A program made the translations under genes and the position numbers. DNA of 63,613 nucleotides, the filler included, from Chiloscyllium plagiosum (taxonomy: Eukaryota), in NCBI RefSeq assembly GCF_004010195.1. It is 4 parts of one record of this genome, joined end to end, with 100 filler letters (N's around TTAATTAATTAA, not from the genome) between each part and the next. Parts side by side here need not be neighbours in the genome. Positions count along the whole stretch, not along the records: positions 1 to 28,900 come from NC_057717.1; 3 more parts are not named here. The stretch is one strand, 5' to 3'. The notes under the pieces are model-generated. The model was not told the origin of the DNA. It did not search any database and was given only the letters and a program-made list of their open reading frames with translations. Positions within the stretch are counted from its first letter, which is position 1. Every line of letters starts with the position of its first letter. Below are positions 11,890 to 25,929 of the stretch, in pieces.

Positions 11890-13300
11890 ACACAAGACCT
11901 TCCATGATTTGTGTAGGGAAGGTCACATCTTAGCAAACATTATAGAAATCTTTGAGGAATGACAAAATTGATAGTGGAGAAAGGGCTGGAGTTGTCATAT
12001 ACATGGACTTCAGTAAGGCGTTTGATGAAATAGACTGATGGAGAAGGTGAAGTCGCAGGGGTCCAGGGTGTACTAGCTAGATGGATGAGAGAACTGGCTG
12101 GGTAACAGGAGACAGAGAGTACTGGCTGGGTAACAGGAGACAGAGAGTAGTAATGGAAGCGAGTTTCTCAAAATGGATAACTGTTCCGTGTGGTGTTTCA
12201 CAGGGATCCGTGCTGGGACCATTGTATGTTGTGATATACTTAAATGATCTGAAGGAAGGTATAGGTGGTCTGATTAGCACGTTTGCAGGTGACACTAAGA
12301 TTGGTAGAGTAGCAGAAATTTGAGGGGACTGTCAGCGAACACAGCTGAATGTAGATGGTTTGGAGAGTTGGGTGGAGAATGGGCAGATGTGAGGTGATGC
12401 ATTTTGGAAGATCCAATTCGAGAACAAATTATACGGTAACTGGAAAAGCCCTGGGGAAAATTGATGTACAGAGAGATCTGGGTGTTCGGGTCCATTGTTC
12501 GCTGAAAGTGGCAGGTTGATAGAATGCTGCCTGACCTGTTGCGCTTTTCCAGCTTTGATCTCCAGCATCGGCAGTCCTCACTTTCTCCTGGTCGATAGAA
12601 TGACCAAGAAGGTACACAGCATACTTTCCTTCCTGAATTCTAACAATTTAAGGAGTGGAGAACTACAGACCAGTTAACTCGTCACCCACAGGAGGGAATT
12701 TTTTGGAATCTATTGCGTACAAGAGTAGGCAGGCCATATTACAGTTGTATAGGACTTTGGTTCGGCCACATTCAGAATACTGTGGACAGTTCTGGTTGCC
12801 ACATTCCTGAAAGGATCTGGATGCTTTGAAAAGTGTGCAAAGTATTTCCTCCACGTTGTTGCCTAGTATGGAGGGAACCAAATATGAAGAGAGGTTTGGT
12901 AGATTGGGATTATTTTCATTAGAAAGACGGAGGTTCAGGGAGGACTTGACTGAGGTCTACAAAATCATGAGAGGTATAAACAGGGTGAATAGCAAGAAGC
13001 TTTTTCCCAGATTGGGGGAGTCAGTTACTAGGGGTCAAGAATTCATGGTGAAAGGGGAAAAGTTTATTGGAGATATGCTCTTTGCGCAGAGGGTTCTGGG
13101 TTCTGGAATGCATTGCCAGCGGAGGTGGTAGAGGCAGGGACGAAAACATCATTTAATATTTATCCGGACAGATACATGAATGGGCAGGGGACAGAGAGAT
13201 ACAGAACCTTAGAATATAGGCGACAGGTATAGATAGATGATCTGGATTGACACAGGCTTGGAGGGCTGAAGGGTCTGTTCCTGTGCTGTGATTTCCTTTG
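11890..13300 (+). mobile_element. CR1-clade LINE RT to 3' end, with a nested Penelope-derived fragment at ~12520-12590
   Basis: GVSQGSVLGPLYVVIYLNDL...ISTFAGDTKIG; RLGLFSLERRRFREDLTEVYKIMRG. Confidence 0.9.
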
Positions 13301-14140
13301 TTATTTGTAAATACTGGCGAAAAGCGTTTGTCGATACTTGAAAGGAAAATGAAACCAAGATCAAATGTGGCACAGCGACTGTGTGGATACGAGAATTTAT
13401 TGTAGAGAACAGAAAAATGACAAGGAGATGAAACAGTGACATTGCGTCTGTCTTCAAAGAGGAAGATCCAGAAAATCTCCCAGAAATACCAAGTCGTCAT
13501 GGGACCTTTGTAACTAAAGACTAAAATCATTCATATACAGTTACGAGATAGTATTTGGAAACAGAACTGGGATGAGTATTGATAAGTCTGACAGACCAGA
13601 TATAATTCAAACTGAAATTTCAGAGAAAACTGCAATATACATATTGATTGCAATAGGGGCCTCTGTATTTCTCTGTATTCACTTCGGAAGGTTATAAATG
13701 CATTCTAATGATTTACAAAGGGAAGAAATGGGAGAGTGGAGGACTACAGGCCAGTTAGTTGTCATCCACAGTAGGGAAACGGTTGCAACATATTGGACAC
13801 TGAGTAAGCAATAGCAAATTTCAAGAGAGTTGTTCTGCATTTATGAAAGGGAGGTTATAATTTACAATTTTTTGGAAGATATCTCTTGTAGATATAAACA
13901 ATGGCGAATCAGTGAATGTGATGCTGTCAGATATTCAGGAAGCGGTTTAATCAGCACACACAGTAAGTTATCAGAAAACATTAAAGCAAAGTGTATTGGG
14001 AGGATCATATCCAAACAGGGGAAGGTAAGCATTTGAGAAACTATTGGAGAACATAGGTAGTGGTAGAAGGTTATTTGTGTGACTGCAGACCGGTGTACGC
14101 TGGTGTGCCACAGGTTTCAGTGCTGTGCCCCTTTAAACGC
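13300..14140 (+). mobile_element. Highly degenerate CR1-clade ORF2 fragments
   Basis: Remnants such as ggactacaggccagttagt (NYRPVS-like) and ggtgtgccacaggtttcagtgctg (GVPQGSVL-like). Confidence 0.55.
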
Positions 14141-14529
14141 CTTGATTTAAAGGGAATCCGAATACAGACGATGAAGAATCAATGAGACTCAAAGTGTCAG
14201 CTTGCTCTCTCTTTCCGGATGCTGTCTGACCCACTGTGATCTCTAGCATGTGTTGGGTTCAGTACAGATTCAGCTTCTGCAGTGATTTGCTCCGACTAGA
14301 AGTAAAGACTTTCTGCACCAGTAACACAGAGGGTTGGGGAGACTGGACGTGGACTGGACCTGGACAATTTTGATATCTTGATCTAAGTAAAATATACTGA
14401 TCACATATACTGTAGGCGCATTCTCCAGATTAATCTCGCAGATGGCACAATGGTCTGCTGAGGAGACTTTGTCTGGGATCGAGGCGGGAATCTGTGTGTG
14501 AAACTGGAGAACGCTGATTGATTGTTATA

Positions 14530-15900
14530 TGAGAACTTCACATCTTTTTACTTGGGAAAAGGAGGTGGCAGGTACAGAATTCAAGAAGATGGACTGGAAA
14601 GCTCTTGAACAGATTGATGTAAGATGTGAGCAGGGATTAATGGTTTTGGCTGGTCGAAGACTGGACCAATCCCCCAGGTCTAGATCAGTTACATCTCAGG
14701 CTGCTGTTGGAGACAAGGAATGAAAGGCGCTGATAAAAATGTTTAAATAGAATCTGGTCACAGGTAAGGTGCCCGAGGACTGGAGAGGACCCTTTATGGG
14801 AAGGGTTGTGGAGAAAGAAGAGGGAACTATAGACCAGTGTGTTCAGATCAGTGTTAGAGAAAATTTTGCAAAAAATAGGTTGGTGGTTCAAGGCTGTTTG
14901 TGTGACTGGAAAACGGTGTCCCCTGATGTAACACAGGGGTCAGTGCTGTGCCCCTTATTGTTTATGGTAATTCTAAATGATGTAGGTGTGACTGTGGAGG
15001 AGGAATGGCAGCGTGATAAGTAAGTCTGTGTTGACACAAATATTGGCTGGGTGTTTGGCAGAGAGGAGGAAGTTCCTATGTTACAGGAAGATACGGATGG
15101 AAAGGTCAGATGGGTGGATCAATGGCAGATGGGATGTAACCCTGCTAAATATGAGGTGATGTACTTTGGAGGAAGGAACCAGACAGGAGAGTACACAATG
15201 AATGGCAGCACACCAGGAAGCTCAGAGGGTGCTCCTCTACACATCTGTGAACGTAACGGGGGAAGATCAAAGGTTGCGTAAGAAATGATTGGAAACAGTA
15301 GGCATAGTGTTTACTCATCGAGGCATGGATTACAAGAGCTGTGTAGCACTTTGGTTTGGCTAAGGTGGAATACTATTTGGGGTTCTGGGAGCCCCATTAC
15401 AGGAAGCATGTGATTGTTCTGGAGGGAGTACAGAGATTCACCAGGATGTTGCCAAAAATGGAGCATATCAGCTATAGAGAGAGGTTTCAAAAACTCCATT
15501 TGTTTACTTTGGAGCAGAGAAGGCTGAGGTGGACTTGATTCAGAAGGATAAGATTACGAAGGACATGGACAGGGTGGATAGACCGCACACACACTGGTCT
15601 ATAGTTCCTTTTAGTCAAAGGGCCAAGAACAGGGGAGCACACGTTTAAAGGGAAGGATTTGAGGTTTAGAGAAGATTCAGGGATTTTTTTCACCCAGAGG
15701 GCGATGTGGTCCAGAATGCACCTCCTGAGGGGAGTGGGGTGGTCGGGAGCTATCACGGGTCACCTCACAACCACTAAAATGTATTTTGGCGAGCACTTCA
15801 AGTGTCAAACCATTCATGGCTATGGGATTGATCTAGTAAGGTTGGAATAATATAGATCGTGCTGTAATTTTGATGCTACACAGGCGATGCTTCTTTGATT
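14530..15900 (+). mobile_element. CR1-clade LINE ORF2 3' fragment (internally deleted)
   Basis: DVTQGSVLCPLLFMVILND; WQMGCNPAKYEVMYFG; LEGVQRFTRMLP; LEQRRLR. Confidence 0.85.
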
Positions 15901-15939
15901 GTATGGCTGTGGAAGGTCAATCATTGAACTCCTCCAACA

Positions 15940-16095
15940 GTCCAAAGATGTGCAGGTCAGGTGAATTGACTATGCTAAATTGCCCGTAGTGTTAGGTAAG
16001 GGGTAAATGTAGGGCATGGGTGCGTTGCGCTTCGGCGGGTCGGTGTGGACTTGTTGGGCCGAAGGGCCTGTTTCCACGCTGTAATGTAATGTAAA
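15940..16095 (+). mobile_element. HE1-type V-SINE 3' half
   Basis: cagtccaaagatgtgcaggtcaggtgaattg...gtggacttgttgggccgaagggcctgtttccacgctgtaatgtaatgta. Confidence 0.8.
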
Positions 16096-16099
16096 AAAA

Positions 16100-17040
16100 A
16101 AAGTAATAAACCAGGTAGCTTAATCTGTGGAATGGGGAAGATGCTTGCGTGTATTATCAAGGGAGAAATAACAAGGCATTTTGATCCAAATCGGCCCAAT
16201 GCGCAGACACAACATTGGTTCCTGAAGGACAGGTCATGCTTAACATATCTTTTGGAAATTTATGAAGACATTATGAGCAAGGTAGACAACGTGGCCCCAG
16301 TGGATGTGGTGTATCTAGGTTTCCAAAAGGTCTTCAAAAAGTAAACTGTTGCAGAAGATAAAGATGGAAGGCGTTATGGTAAAATATTAGTATGGATAGA
16401 AGATTGGTTGACTAACAGGAAGCAATGGGTGGGTCGAAATGAGTGCTATTCATATCTGGCAATCAGTGACTAGTGGCGTGCTTCAGGAATCAGTTTTGGG
16501 GCTGATTATTCACAATTTATATAAATGATGTGGAGTTGCGAGCATCCGTAGTTTGTCAAAGTTTGCAGATGACACGACGATGAGTTGCAGAGCAAAGTGT
16601 GCAGAGATCTATGAAATTTTTTTAAGAGGAACACAGATACTTTGAGTGAGTAGGCGAATGTTCGGCAGACGGAATACGATGTTATTAAATGGGAATACAT
16701 CCATTTTGTTAGGAGTACCAGTAAAAAAGAATTATTACTTAAATGGTAAAACGTTGCAGCATGCTGCTCTGCAGAGGGACCTGGGTGCCCACGTGCATGA
16801 ATCACACAAGGTTGGTCTGCAGGTACAGTAAGTACTGAGTAAGGCAAATAGTATGTTGTCTTTCGCTGCTGAAGGGATTCAATTTAAAATCAGGTAAGTT
16901 ATTTTCCCGCTCTACAGGGTGCTGGTGAGGCCACACCTGGAGTATTGTATGAAGTTTAAGCTACCTTACTTGAGAAAGAATGTACTGACACTGGATGGGG
17001 TGCAAACGAGTTTCACTGGGTTGAATTCGGGGTTGAGAGA
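16100..17040 (+). mobile_element. CR1-clade LINE RT fragment
   Basis: QHWFLKDRSCLTYLLEIYED...VDVVYLGFQKVF; LVRPHLEYC. Confidence 0.85.
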
Positions 17041-18329
17041 TAATTTGTTGATTTTTCAGATAGTTACGTTATTCTGTCTGTTATCCTCTTGTGTTTGTGT
17101 TATATTCAGTTGCATCATACCTGGAATATCCACCTTTCACCTGCTTAAGTAAATGAGCAAAAGTTGGGTCTGCGCTACTTCCTTGAAATGATTTGAGGAG
17201 GTCAGTCCTGGTCCATATCTGTGTGTAACAGCTAGATCTAATATACTGGCATGGGTTGAGAATGGGAGAGTTTAAAGGTAAAAGTGAATCAGTATAAACA
17301 GTTCTATATATTTTGGAGTGGAAATCAATGACTAGCATGATAATCCAAGAATTGATGTGTGGACCCCAGCTATTCAGAAAGCATGTCAAACATTTGTTCA
17401 AGGGCATTGTATGTAATCTTTACAAATCTGCTGATGGCCCCAAATTGAGATTGTGAGTGGGTGATCAGGTTGTAAAGAAGTTCAAAGGTGACTGAGAAAA
17501 TTGGAGGAGATGGGCAAATGCGTGGCAGGTGAAGAACAATGTGGATAGACGTGACATTGAGCACATTGCTTGGAAAAATAAAATAATGGTTAACATTTCA
17601 AAAGGAATTGATATAAACCTGTTGCTCTGTGAAGAGACTTGTGTATACCTTTGTTGACTTCTTCATCAATTGACGGACCGAAGTTCCTATTTCATTTTTT
17701 ATCCAGATAGTTAATCACTTCAAAGGATATAGAGTATACAGTGTTTGGGCAAAGTCAATTGAAGAGATGTTTGGCCAAAAGCTAGAGTGGGGAATGCTCA
17801 ATGTTTTAGATGACCTACCCCTTTCCTGATGTTTCTGTGCACTATGTGGGAAAGCTCTGTAAATGTTGTTACAAACTCTCAGCTGTTAGGAAGGAGGTCT
17901 CTGAAGGGTTGACAGGACTGTTTTTCCCTTTCCTTTTCCGATACACAGGCTGGTGCCCCGATGTTCTGTCCGGATTCATCATTTAAGACCTCGGAATAGT
18001 TTGATACAACGGCCTTGCTTGGCAGTTTCGGAGACGACTGATGAGTTTACCACATAGCTTTGTATCTGGAGTCACATTTAGGCAAGACCAGGAAAGCACG
18101 GAGATTCACTTCCTGAAAGTACAATGGGGAAGAACATTTATGTTGACAATTGACATGGGCTTCAATGTCAGTATTACTGGCACCAGATTTTACATCTAGA
18201 TATTTTATTAATTGTTTCTAACATCCACCAGCTTCCAAAGCATTAACCTGGTCCAGATTAGCAATCCAGTGACATTTCTACAACAGCACCATCTCCACAT
18301 GAGGACCTATGGGAAACCACACTGAGCTG

Positions 18330-19520
18330 GTTATTTCTTTGCTGCTTGACATCCCTGGCAGAAAGAACTCTCATCAATTTGATTGTCGTGATGGGACTGA
18401 GGAGGTGGTAATTGGTCAGCTTGTGATTATTCCCCTCTTAGGGGATGGCACATAGCTGAGTAATTTTACACATTGCCAGGGAGATTTCAGAGTAGGAGCT
18501 GGAATGATACAGAGTGCCCAGGGACACGGCTTGTTGTGCAGCACAAGTCTTCAATCGTTTTGCAAGAATGGTGTCAGGCTCCATTGCATTTGTCATATCT
18601 ACTGTGTTCAGCAGTTTCTTCATGTCACGTGCAGCTGGTCGAATTGGTTGAAGACTGGCATCTGTGATTCTGTGGGCGTCATTCAAGCAACACTTCTGGC
18701 TGAGGATGGTGCAGACACGGCATCTTTGTCTTTTACACTGATGTACACGAAGGTTCCATTCTTTCGAGGAATGGTAGAGCAATATCCTCAGCAACAGCTG
18801 CTGAGATGTTAGTCTAACAACTCCAGTAATGTTCTGGTGACCGGGGTTCGAATCCTGTTACAGTAGATGGTGGAATTCAAATCCAATTCATGTTTGGGAT
18901 TAAGAGTCTAATGATGAGATCATGAATCAATTGCTGATTGTAGGACAAACGCATCTGGTTCACTGATGGCCTTAAGAAATGGAAACTGCCTTCCATATCT
19001 GCTCTGGGCACATGTAACTCCAGACCCACAGCAATGTGGTTGACTCTTAACTACCCTCTGGGCAATAAATGATGACCTGAACAGTGACGCCCTAATCCCT
19101 TTGAACAATGTTGTTTTTAAATAATATTTGTGGAGTCCTCTTTAATCGTCAGTTGTTTCATAGTTCAACTCCATTTCTGACTGGATGTGGCAGAACTGTA
19201 GACCGTCTCTCTGATCTGTTTGCTTTGTAATTATTTCGCCCTCTCTATCAGATATTAGTCCTGATGTTTGGAATCTAAGTACAGTGGTCACATGCGGTAG
19301 TTTTAACTGGATTGTCATCAGTTTTAGGTATACATTGTTCTGACACTAGTACATTCCCAACTCGTCTCTGAAACATCGATCAGCTTAATGGGAATGGTAG
19401 ACTGAGGGATTATCCTGGGCATAAAGTTATAGATTATGATTCAATACGATTCTCCTTCTCTCCAGCTGTGATCGACAGTACCACATGAATTCGCAATTTT
19501 GAGCTGCAATTTCTGCAATT
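18330..19520 (-). mobile_element. Degenerate CR1-group LINE fragment (same family as 23130-25670), interrupted by a SINE
   Basis: MKKLLNTVDMTNAMEPDTILAKRLKTCA resembles LDTPKAMGPDxIPAxVLKTCAPEL, also seen at ~24400-24480. Confidence 0.6.
18805..19105 (+). mobile_element. tRNA-derived SINE (probably shark Deu-SINE/SacSINE1-like)
   Basis: B-box ggttcgaatcc at 18845; body catgtaactccagacccacagcaatgtggttgactcttaac; 3' tail ggcaataaat...; a related head occurs at 60480-60572. Confidence 0.6.
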
Positions 19521-19700
19521 CAGTCGTCTATCCCCAAGTTCACACCGAGACCCATTCATGAGACCCCTTCACCATGACCTATTCTTGTTTCGGAAGTCGT
19601 AACACTTCCATTTTTGGATTCTCATTCTTCTGGGCGTTTGTCCATGATGTCACACCTCTTAACTGTCATGATTCTTAAAACCCCAAAGAATATTCCACCA

Positions 19701-20040
19701 GGCAGCACCGTACGTCCGTGGTTAGCGCGGCTGCCTCGCAACACTACGGACCCAAGTTCGATTCCTTCGGTGACTAAGTGCGTGAAGTTTGCACGTTCTC
19801 CCTGTGTCTGCGTGGGTTTCTTCCAGGTGCTTCAGTTTCCACCCACAGTCCAAAGACATGCGGTTTAGGTGCATTGGCCTTATTAAATTGTCCAGTGTTC
19901 AGGGATGCGTAGGTTGGGTCCATTAGCCAGGGGTAAGTGTAGGATATGGGAATGGGTCTGTTTGGTTTAGTCTTCAGAGAATCGTTGTGGACTTGTTGGG
20001 CCGAAGAGCCTGTTTCCACACTAGCGATTCTAATTCTAAC
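19701..20040 (+). mobile_element. HE1-type V-SINE, full length
   Basis: tRNA-like head (gtggttagcgcggctgcctcgca...gttcgattcc), V-domain gtttgcacgttctccctgtgtctgcgtgggtttc, LINE-derived tail ending attctaattcta. Confidence 0.9.
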
Positions 20041-20289
20041 ATTCATATGGAGCTTTTCCATTCCAGTCGTGCCACCCTTCCAGGTGTTTGGATTGAATGT
20101 GTTTCCCTCTGTTTCTCTCCATGGTCTTCTTTAAGAACTCTGTAGCATCAATGATGACAGTCTTATGTCGTTTCAGAACTAATGAATTTCTACATCTTGC
20201 GTTATTGTTCACTCCCCAGTGTATGGCGCTCCATGATGGACAGGGCATTTGAACTCTTTCAAGCTGTTCAAAACAAGAAATTGCTGGAG

Positions 20290-21227
20290 AAATTCAACAG
20301 ATCTAGCAGAATCTGTGGGGACGGAGAAACAGAGACTGTGTTGAAAGTCCAGCGTGACCCTTATTCAGAATTGAAACGAACTCCTTAATCCCTTGACAAA
20401 AGTGGACGAGGGATGATGGGAAACAGAGCATGCAGAGATGCAATGCCACAAAGGAATGAGCTTTTAATTGTAGTTAACGAGAAACATATGTAAAATGAGT
20501 GTAATTAAAGTGTAAATGGGAGAAATGGCTTCTCTCTATTGAGTGCAAGATAAACAAGTCACAGACAAGGTCATAGTGAAACCAGGAAGCAGAATGTATG
20601 AAAAATGGAGAACAGCCATAATGGGGTCAGGCTTTTTATTTATGGAATTGAATACTAACTCCTACAGGTTGTAATGTACCAAAGTGTAAAGTGAAGTGTT
20701 ACTCAAGCTTGGGTTGTGCTTCCTTGAAACATTACAGCAGCTCAGCACCGAAAATTCAGCATGAGCACAATGTAGGTTATTGGAATGGGAAGCAAGGGGA
20801 AGATCAGGATTATTCCAACAGACAGAGTGGAAGTGTTCCTTAAAACAGTCTCTGTTTGGTCTCGCAAGTGTAAGGGAGACTGCATTGTGAGCAGCAATGA
20901 CAGGAGACTGGATTGAACGAATACAAGTGGAATGCTGCTTCAACTGGAAGTTGTGATTGGGGCCTTGGACAGTGAGGAGTGAAGAGGCTAATGGACAAGT
21001 GTTGCACCTTCTGCAATTGCATGAGTAGATACCATTGGGGGTAGTGGGGAAGTGTTCAGGGTGATGGGGGGTTGTCACATTTGATGGTGTAATCCTGCTG
21101 GAGGTGGTGGAAGTGGCAGAGGATGCTTCCATGAATGTGGATTGTAGTGCAGTAGGAAGTGATGACAATGGGAGATATATCATTGTTCTGGGAAGGAGGG
21201 GACGGACTAAGGGCGACACTGTGGGCG
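20290..21227 (-). mobile_element. Penelope-like element 3' part (Cys linker plus GIY-YIG remnant), degenerate
   Basis: GIYSCNCRRCNTCP...QGPNHNFQLKQHSTC; CSQCSLPYTCETK; CFKEHFHSV. Confidence 0.75.
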
Positions 21228-21727
21228 NNNNNNNNNNNNNNNNNNNNNNNNNNNNNNNNNNNNNNNNNNNNNNNNNNNNNNNNNNNNNNNNNNNNNNNNN
21301 NNNNNNNNNNNNNNNNNNNNNNNNNNNNNNNNNNNNNNNNNNNNNNNNNNNNNNNNNNNNNNNNNNNNNNNNNNNNNNNNNNNNNNNNNNNNNNNNNNNN
21401 NNNNNNNNNNNNNNNNNNNNNNNNNNNNNNNNNNNNNNNNNNNNNNNNNNNNNNNNNNNNNNNNNNNNNNNNNNNNNNNNNNNNNNNNNNNNNNNNNNNN
21501 NNNNNNNNNNNNNNNNNNNNNNNNNNNNNNNNNNNNNNNNNNNNNNNNNNNNNNNNNNNNNNNNNNNNNNNNNNNNNNNNNNNNNNNNNNNNNNNNNNNN
21601 NNNNNNNNNNNNNNNNNNNNNNNNNNNNNNNNNNNNNNNNNNNNNNNNNNNNNNNNNNNNNNNNNNNNNNNNNNNNNNNNNNNNNNNNNNNNNNNNNNNN
21701 NNNNNNNNNNNNNNNNNNNNNNNNNNN

Positions 21728-22480
21728 TTGTAGGAAGATACAGAAGGAATGGTCCGACGGGTGGATCAATGACAGATGGAATGTAAACCTGATAAATATG
21801 AGGTGATGCACTTTGGAAGAAGGAAGCAGACAGGGGAGTACTCAAAGGATGGCAGCACACTGGGAAGCTCAGAGTGTGCTCCTCCACACATCCCTGAATG
21901 TGATTGGACAGGGTCATGGACTAGTTAAGAATTGGAGCTTGGGTGCAGCGTTTATTAAACAGTGCGTAGATTATAAGAGCTTTACAGGGCTTTAGTTAGG
22001 CCAAGATGGCATACTGTGTGGAGTTCTGGGAGCCACATTACAGGAAGGATGTGATTGCACTGGATGGTCTGCATACGAGATTCACCAGAATGTTCCCTGG
22101 GATGGAGCATATCAGCCATAGAGAGAGGCTGGATAAGCTCGGGTTGCTTACTTTGGAGCCGAGAATGCTGAGGGGGCTGTGATTCAGAAGGATAAGATAA
22201 TGAGGGACATGGACAGGTTGGGTAGACAACAACTATTCCTCATAGTCAGAGAGTGAAGAACAAGGGAGCACACTTTTAAAGGGTTTGAGGTACAGAGAGG
22301 ATTTGTTTTTCACACAGAGGGTGTTGGGGTCTGGAATACACTTTCTAAGAGGTGAGTTATCATGGGTAACCACACAACCGTTAATAAGTGCTTGGACTAG
22401 AACTTGGACGTGTCATAGCATTCCCAGATACGGGCCTGGTGTTGGAAAGTGGGACACATATAAATCGTGCTGTATTTCGT
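21728..22480 (+). mobile_element. CR1-clade LINE 3' fragment
   Basis: Closely parallels 15080-15860 (ggagccacattacaggaaggatgtgattgcactgga...). Confidence 0.8.
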
Positions 22481-23129
22481 TTGGCATAGAGTCTACACTC
22501 GTGTGAGTGTATGGTGGGGAAGATCAATTATTGAGCAGCTGAAGGCAGACATTGATCGGTTCTTGAAGAGTATATTCACAAAGGTTATAAGAGTGAACTG
22601 TAATAGCTTGTTAAATCATGTCAATGTGAGAAGTATGAGAAAATAAGTGAAGCTCCATTACAATCTGAAACCAGAGAATGGGCAATGAGGAACAGGGAAA
22701 TGGCAGAACTATGAAGCCATTACTTCAGTTCTGTCTTCACAGAACCTTTTAATAATACTAGGAAAACCAAGTCTGGTGTCGGAAAATGACATAGTACACG
22801 GAAGATAGAACATAGTAAGTAAATGGATTAGGAGAAATTATTGGGACTGAAAATAATGGTCATAGACAACATTGACATAGATTTATTAAATGGCAATTAT
22901 GATTGAGAAACAGACTGGGAGCCAAGTGAAAGAGAAGTAATTGAGGTAATACATTTGGATTTTAAGAAAAATCTTTGGAAAAGCGCCAAGCCAAGTTTGC
23001 AAAATCAAATCTTAGTGGATTGAGGCTAATATATGGCTATGTTTGTAGAATGGGACAGTTGGCAGGTAACAGTGAGTAGAAATAAACAAACTCGGCAAGC
23101 AACAACCTGACATTATCTGTAAGGTATGA

Positions 23130-25670
23130 TTCTGTGATTATGACTATGTCCCAGACACTCTATCACCTTCCCCGGATATCTCTTGTCTCACTAGCAGGAC
23201 AGATACAGCAGAAGTGGTGGCACGGTGGGATACAGTTGGAAGGGAATTGCTCTGGGAATCCTCAACAGTGACTCCGTATCCCATGAAGACTCATGGCGTT
23301 AGTTTACACATGGGAAAGGAACCCCCTGCTGATTACCATGTAGCAGCCTCTCTCAACTGATGAATCAGTAATCCTCCATACTGATCAACACTTGGATGAA
23401 ACACTCATGGTGCTAAGTACGTAAAATGTATCTTGGTGGGGGATTTCACTGTCCACCATCAAGAGCTGATCAACACTTGGATGAAACACTCATGGTGCTA
23501 AGTACGTAAAACTTATCTTGGTGGGGGATTTCACTGTCCACCATCAAGAGTGGCTCTGCAGCAACATTACTGATCGAGCTGGTCGGATCCTAAATGATGT
23601 AACCGCTAGACTGGGTCTGTCGTAGACGGTGAAGGAACCAACTAGAGGAAAATACATACTTGATCACAGCCTTACTATTCTGCCAATTGCAGAAGTATCT
23701 GCCCATGCCATATTGGTAAGAATGACTACTGCATAGGCATTGTGGAGACAAAGTCTCGCCTTCACATTGAGAATAAGCTCCATCATTTTGAGTGGCACTA
23801 TCTATGTGCTAATTAAGACAGACTTCGAACAGATCGAGCAGCTCAAGCCTGGGTTTCCATAAGGTATTGTGGGTCAGCAATAGCGGCAGGATTGTACTCC
23901 TGCACAATCACATGGCCTGGTATATACCCCTCTCAACAATTACCATCAAGCCAGAGGATCAACCTTGGTTCAATGGAGAGTGCAGGAGGGCAGGAGCAGC
24001 ACTGGGCACACATGACATTGAGATGTCAGCCTGGTGAAGCCACCAAACAGGACGACATGTGTGCCAAACAGCAGGAGCAGTAAGTGATAGACAGAGCTAA
24101 GTCATCCCACAAGCAACGGTTCAGATCTAAGCTCTGCAGTCTTTCCACTTCTAGTCGAAAAACGCTGCGGACAATGAAACAATTCAGTGGAGGAAGAGTT
24201 CCACAAATATCCCCATCCTTAATGATAGAAGAGCCCAGCACTTCAGTGTAAAAGATAAGGCTGATGCATTTTCAACAATCTTCAGTCAGAAGTGCTGAGT
24301 GGATGATCCATCTCAGCCTCCTCCAGTGGTCCTCAGTAATTCAGTTACCAGTCATTAACCAATTTTATTCACTCCACGTGATATCCAGATTCAGTTGGAA
24401 ACACTGGATACTCCAAAGAGGACATACCCTGACAACACTCTGGCATTAGTACTGAAAACTTGTGCTCCAGAACTTGTCACTGCCCTAGCCAAGCTCTTCC
24501 AATATCGTTACAACAACGACATTTACCCGATTAGGTGGAAAGTTACCACAAGTATCTCCAGTATATAAAAAGCAGAACAAATCCAATCGGGCCAATTACC
24601 ACCCCATCAGTACTCTCGATCATCAGTAAAGTGATGGAAGGTCTCAGTGCATTCAAGCAGCCGCTGCTCAGCAATAACCTGGTCAATGACATTAGTTTGG
24701 ACTCCAGCAGGGCCACTCAGCTCCTGATCTCATTTCCTTGGTTCAATCATGGACACAAGAGCTGAATTCCAGAGGTGGGATGAGAGTGACAGCACTTTAA
24801 AACAAGGTTCCTTCGACCAAGTGTGGTATCAAAGGGCCTTACCAAAACTGGATTCAATGGGTATCAAGAGCAAACGCCCCGCTGTTTAGAATCATACCTG
24901 ACACGTAGGAAGATGGTCATGGTTGCTGAAGGTCAGTCAACTCAGCTCCCGGACAAGTCTGTAGGAGTCCCTCGGGCAGTGGCGTAGGCCCAAGCGTCTT
25001 CAGGACTGCTTCATCAATGACTTTCCCTCTATTATAATGTCAGAAGTGGCGAGCTTCACAAATGATTGCACAATGTTCAGCAACATTTGTGGCTCCTCAG
25101 ATACTGAATCAGGCCATATCCAAATGCGACAGGACCTGGACAGTATCCAGGCTGACACGTGGCAAGTAATATTCACACCACATAAACACCAGACCAGGAC
25201 CATCACCAATAAAATACAATCTAACTGCTGTCCTTTGGAATTCAATGGTGGTACAACTACTAAATCCCCCAGTATCAAAATTCTGGGGGTTACTAATTGC
25301 TCAGAAACTCACTGATCTTGCCACATAAACACAGTAACTATAAGAGCTACAAACTGCACTGAAATGATTCACCAAAGATCCTCAGACACCATCTTCCCAA
25401 CACATGACCACGTCCAGATGTGTTGGAACCCCACCATCTTCAAGTTCCCCTCCAAGCCATTCACCATCCGGACTTGGAAATATATCACCGTCCCTGCACA
25501 GTCACTGGGTCAGAATCCTGGAATACCCTCCCTAATGGCATTGTGGGTCAACTGCACAGGTGGACTACAGCGGTACAACAAGGCCACCACCACCTTCTCA
25601 AAGGCAACAAGGGACAGACAACAAATGCTTGCCCAGCTAGAGACACACAGATTCACGAAATAAAGAAATT
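23130..25670 (+). mobile_element. CR1-group LINE ORF2 (endonuclease plus RT) to 3' tail, degenerate
   Basis: gtgggggatttcactgtccaccatcaagag (VGDFxVHHQE endonuclease motif), aattaccaccccatcagt (NYxPIS), FINDFP...FTNDCT (RT), A-rich tail ~25660. Confidence 0.8.
23381..23550. repeat. 85-bp tandem duplication inside LINE
   Basis: ctgatcaacacttggatgaaacactcatgg...ccaccatcaagag occurs twice head-to-tail. Confidence 0.85.
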
Positions 25671-25929
25671 GGAAAAAAAACATTTAACAGAGGAAGGTTG
25701 TTGAGGTGTCGCAGGGATCAGTGGTCAGGACCCAGCTGTTCCCAATACCCATTAAATATTTGGTTGCGGGAATCAAATATGATATATCTTGACCGGCTGA
25801 CTGCACTAAAGGATGTTGGATTGTGAGTGGGTGAGGAGGTTGTAAAAAAGCTCCAAGGTGACTAAGACAAGTGGAGTGAATGGGAAAATACATAGCGGAT
25901 GGAGAGCAATGTGGGTAGAGGTCCAACCA

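Noticed and set aside
19701..19780. tRNA gene at SINE heads (also 33030, 54033, 18840, 2510)
   Set aside because: tRNA-derived SINE promoters continuing into SINE bodies, not cloverleaf genes
21056..21917. Long ORFs of 209-251 aa
   Set aside because: They merely run through the 500-N gap
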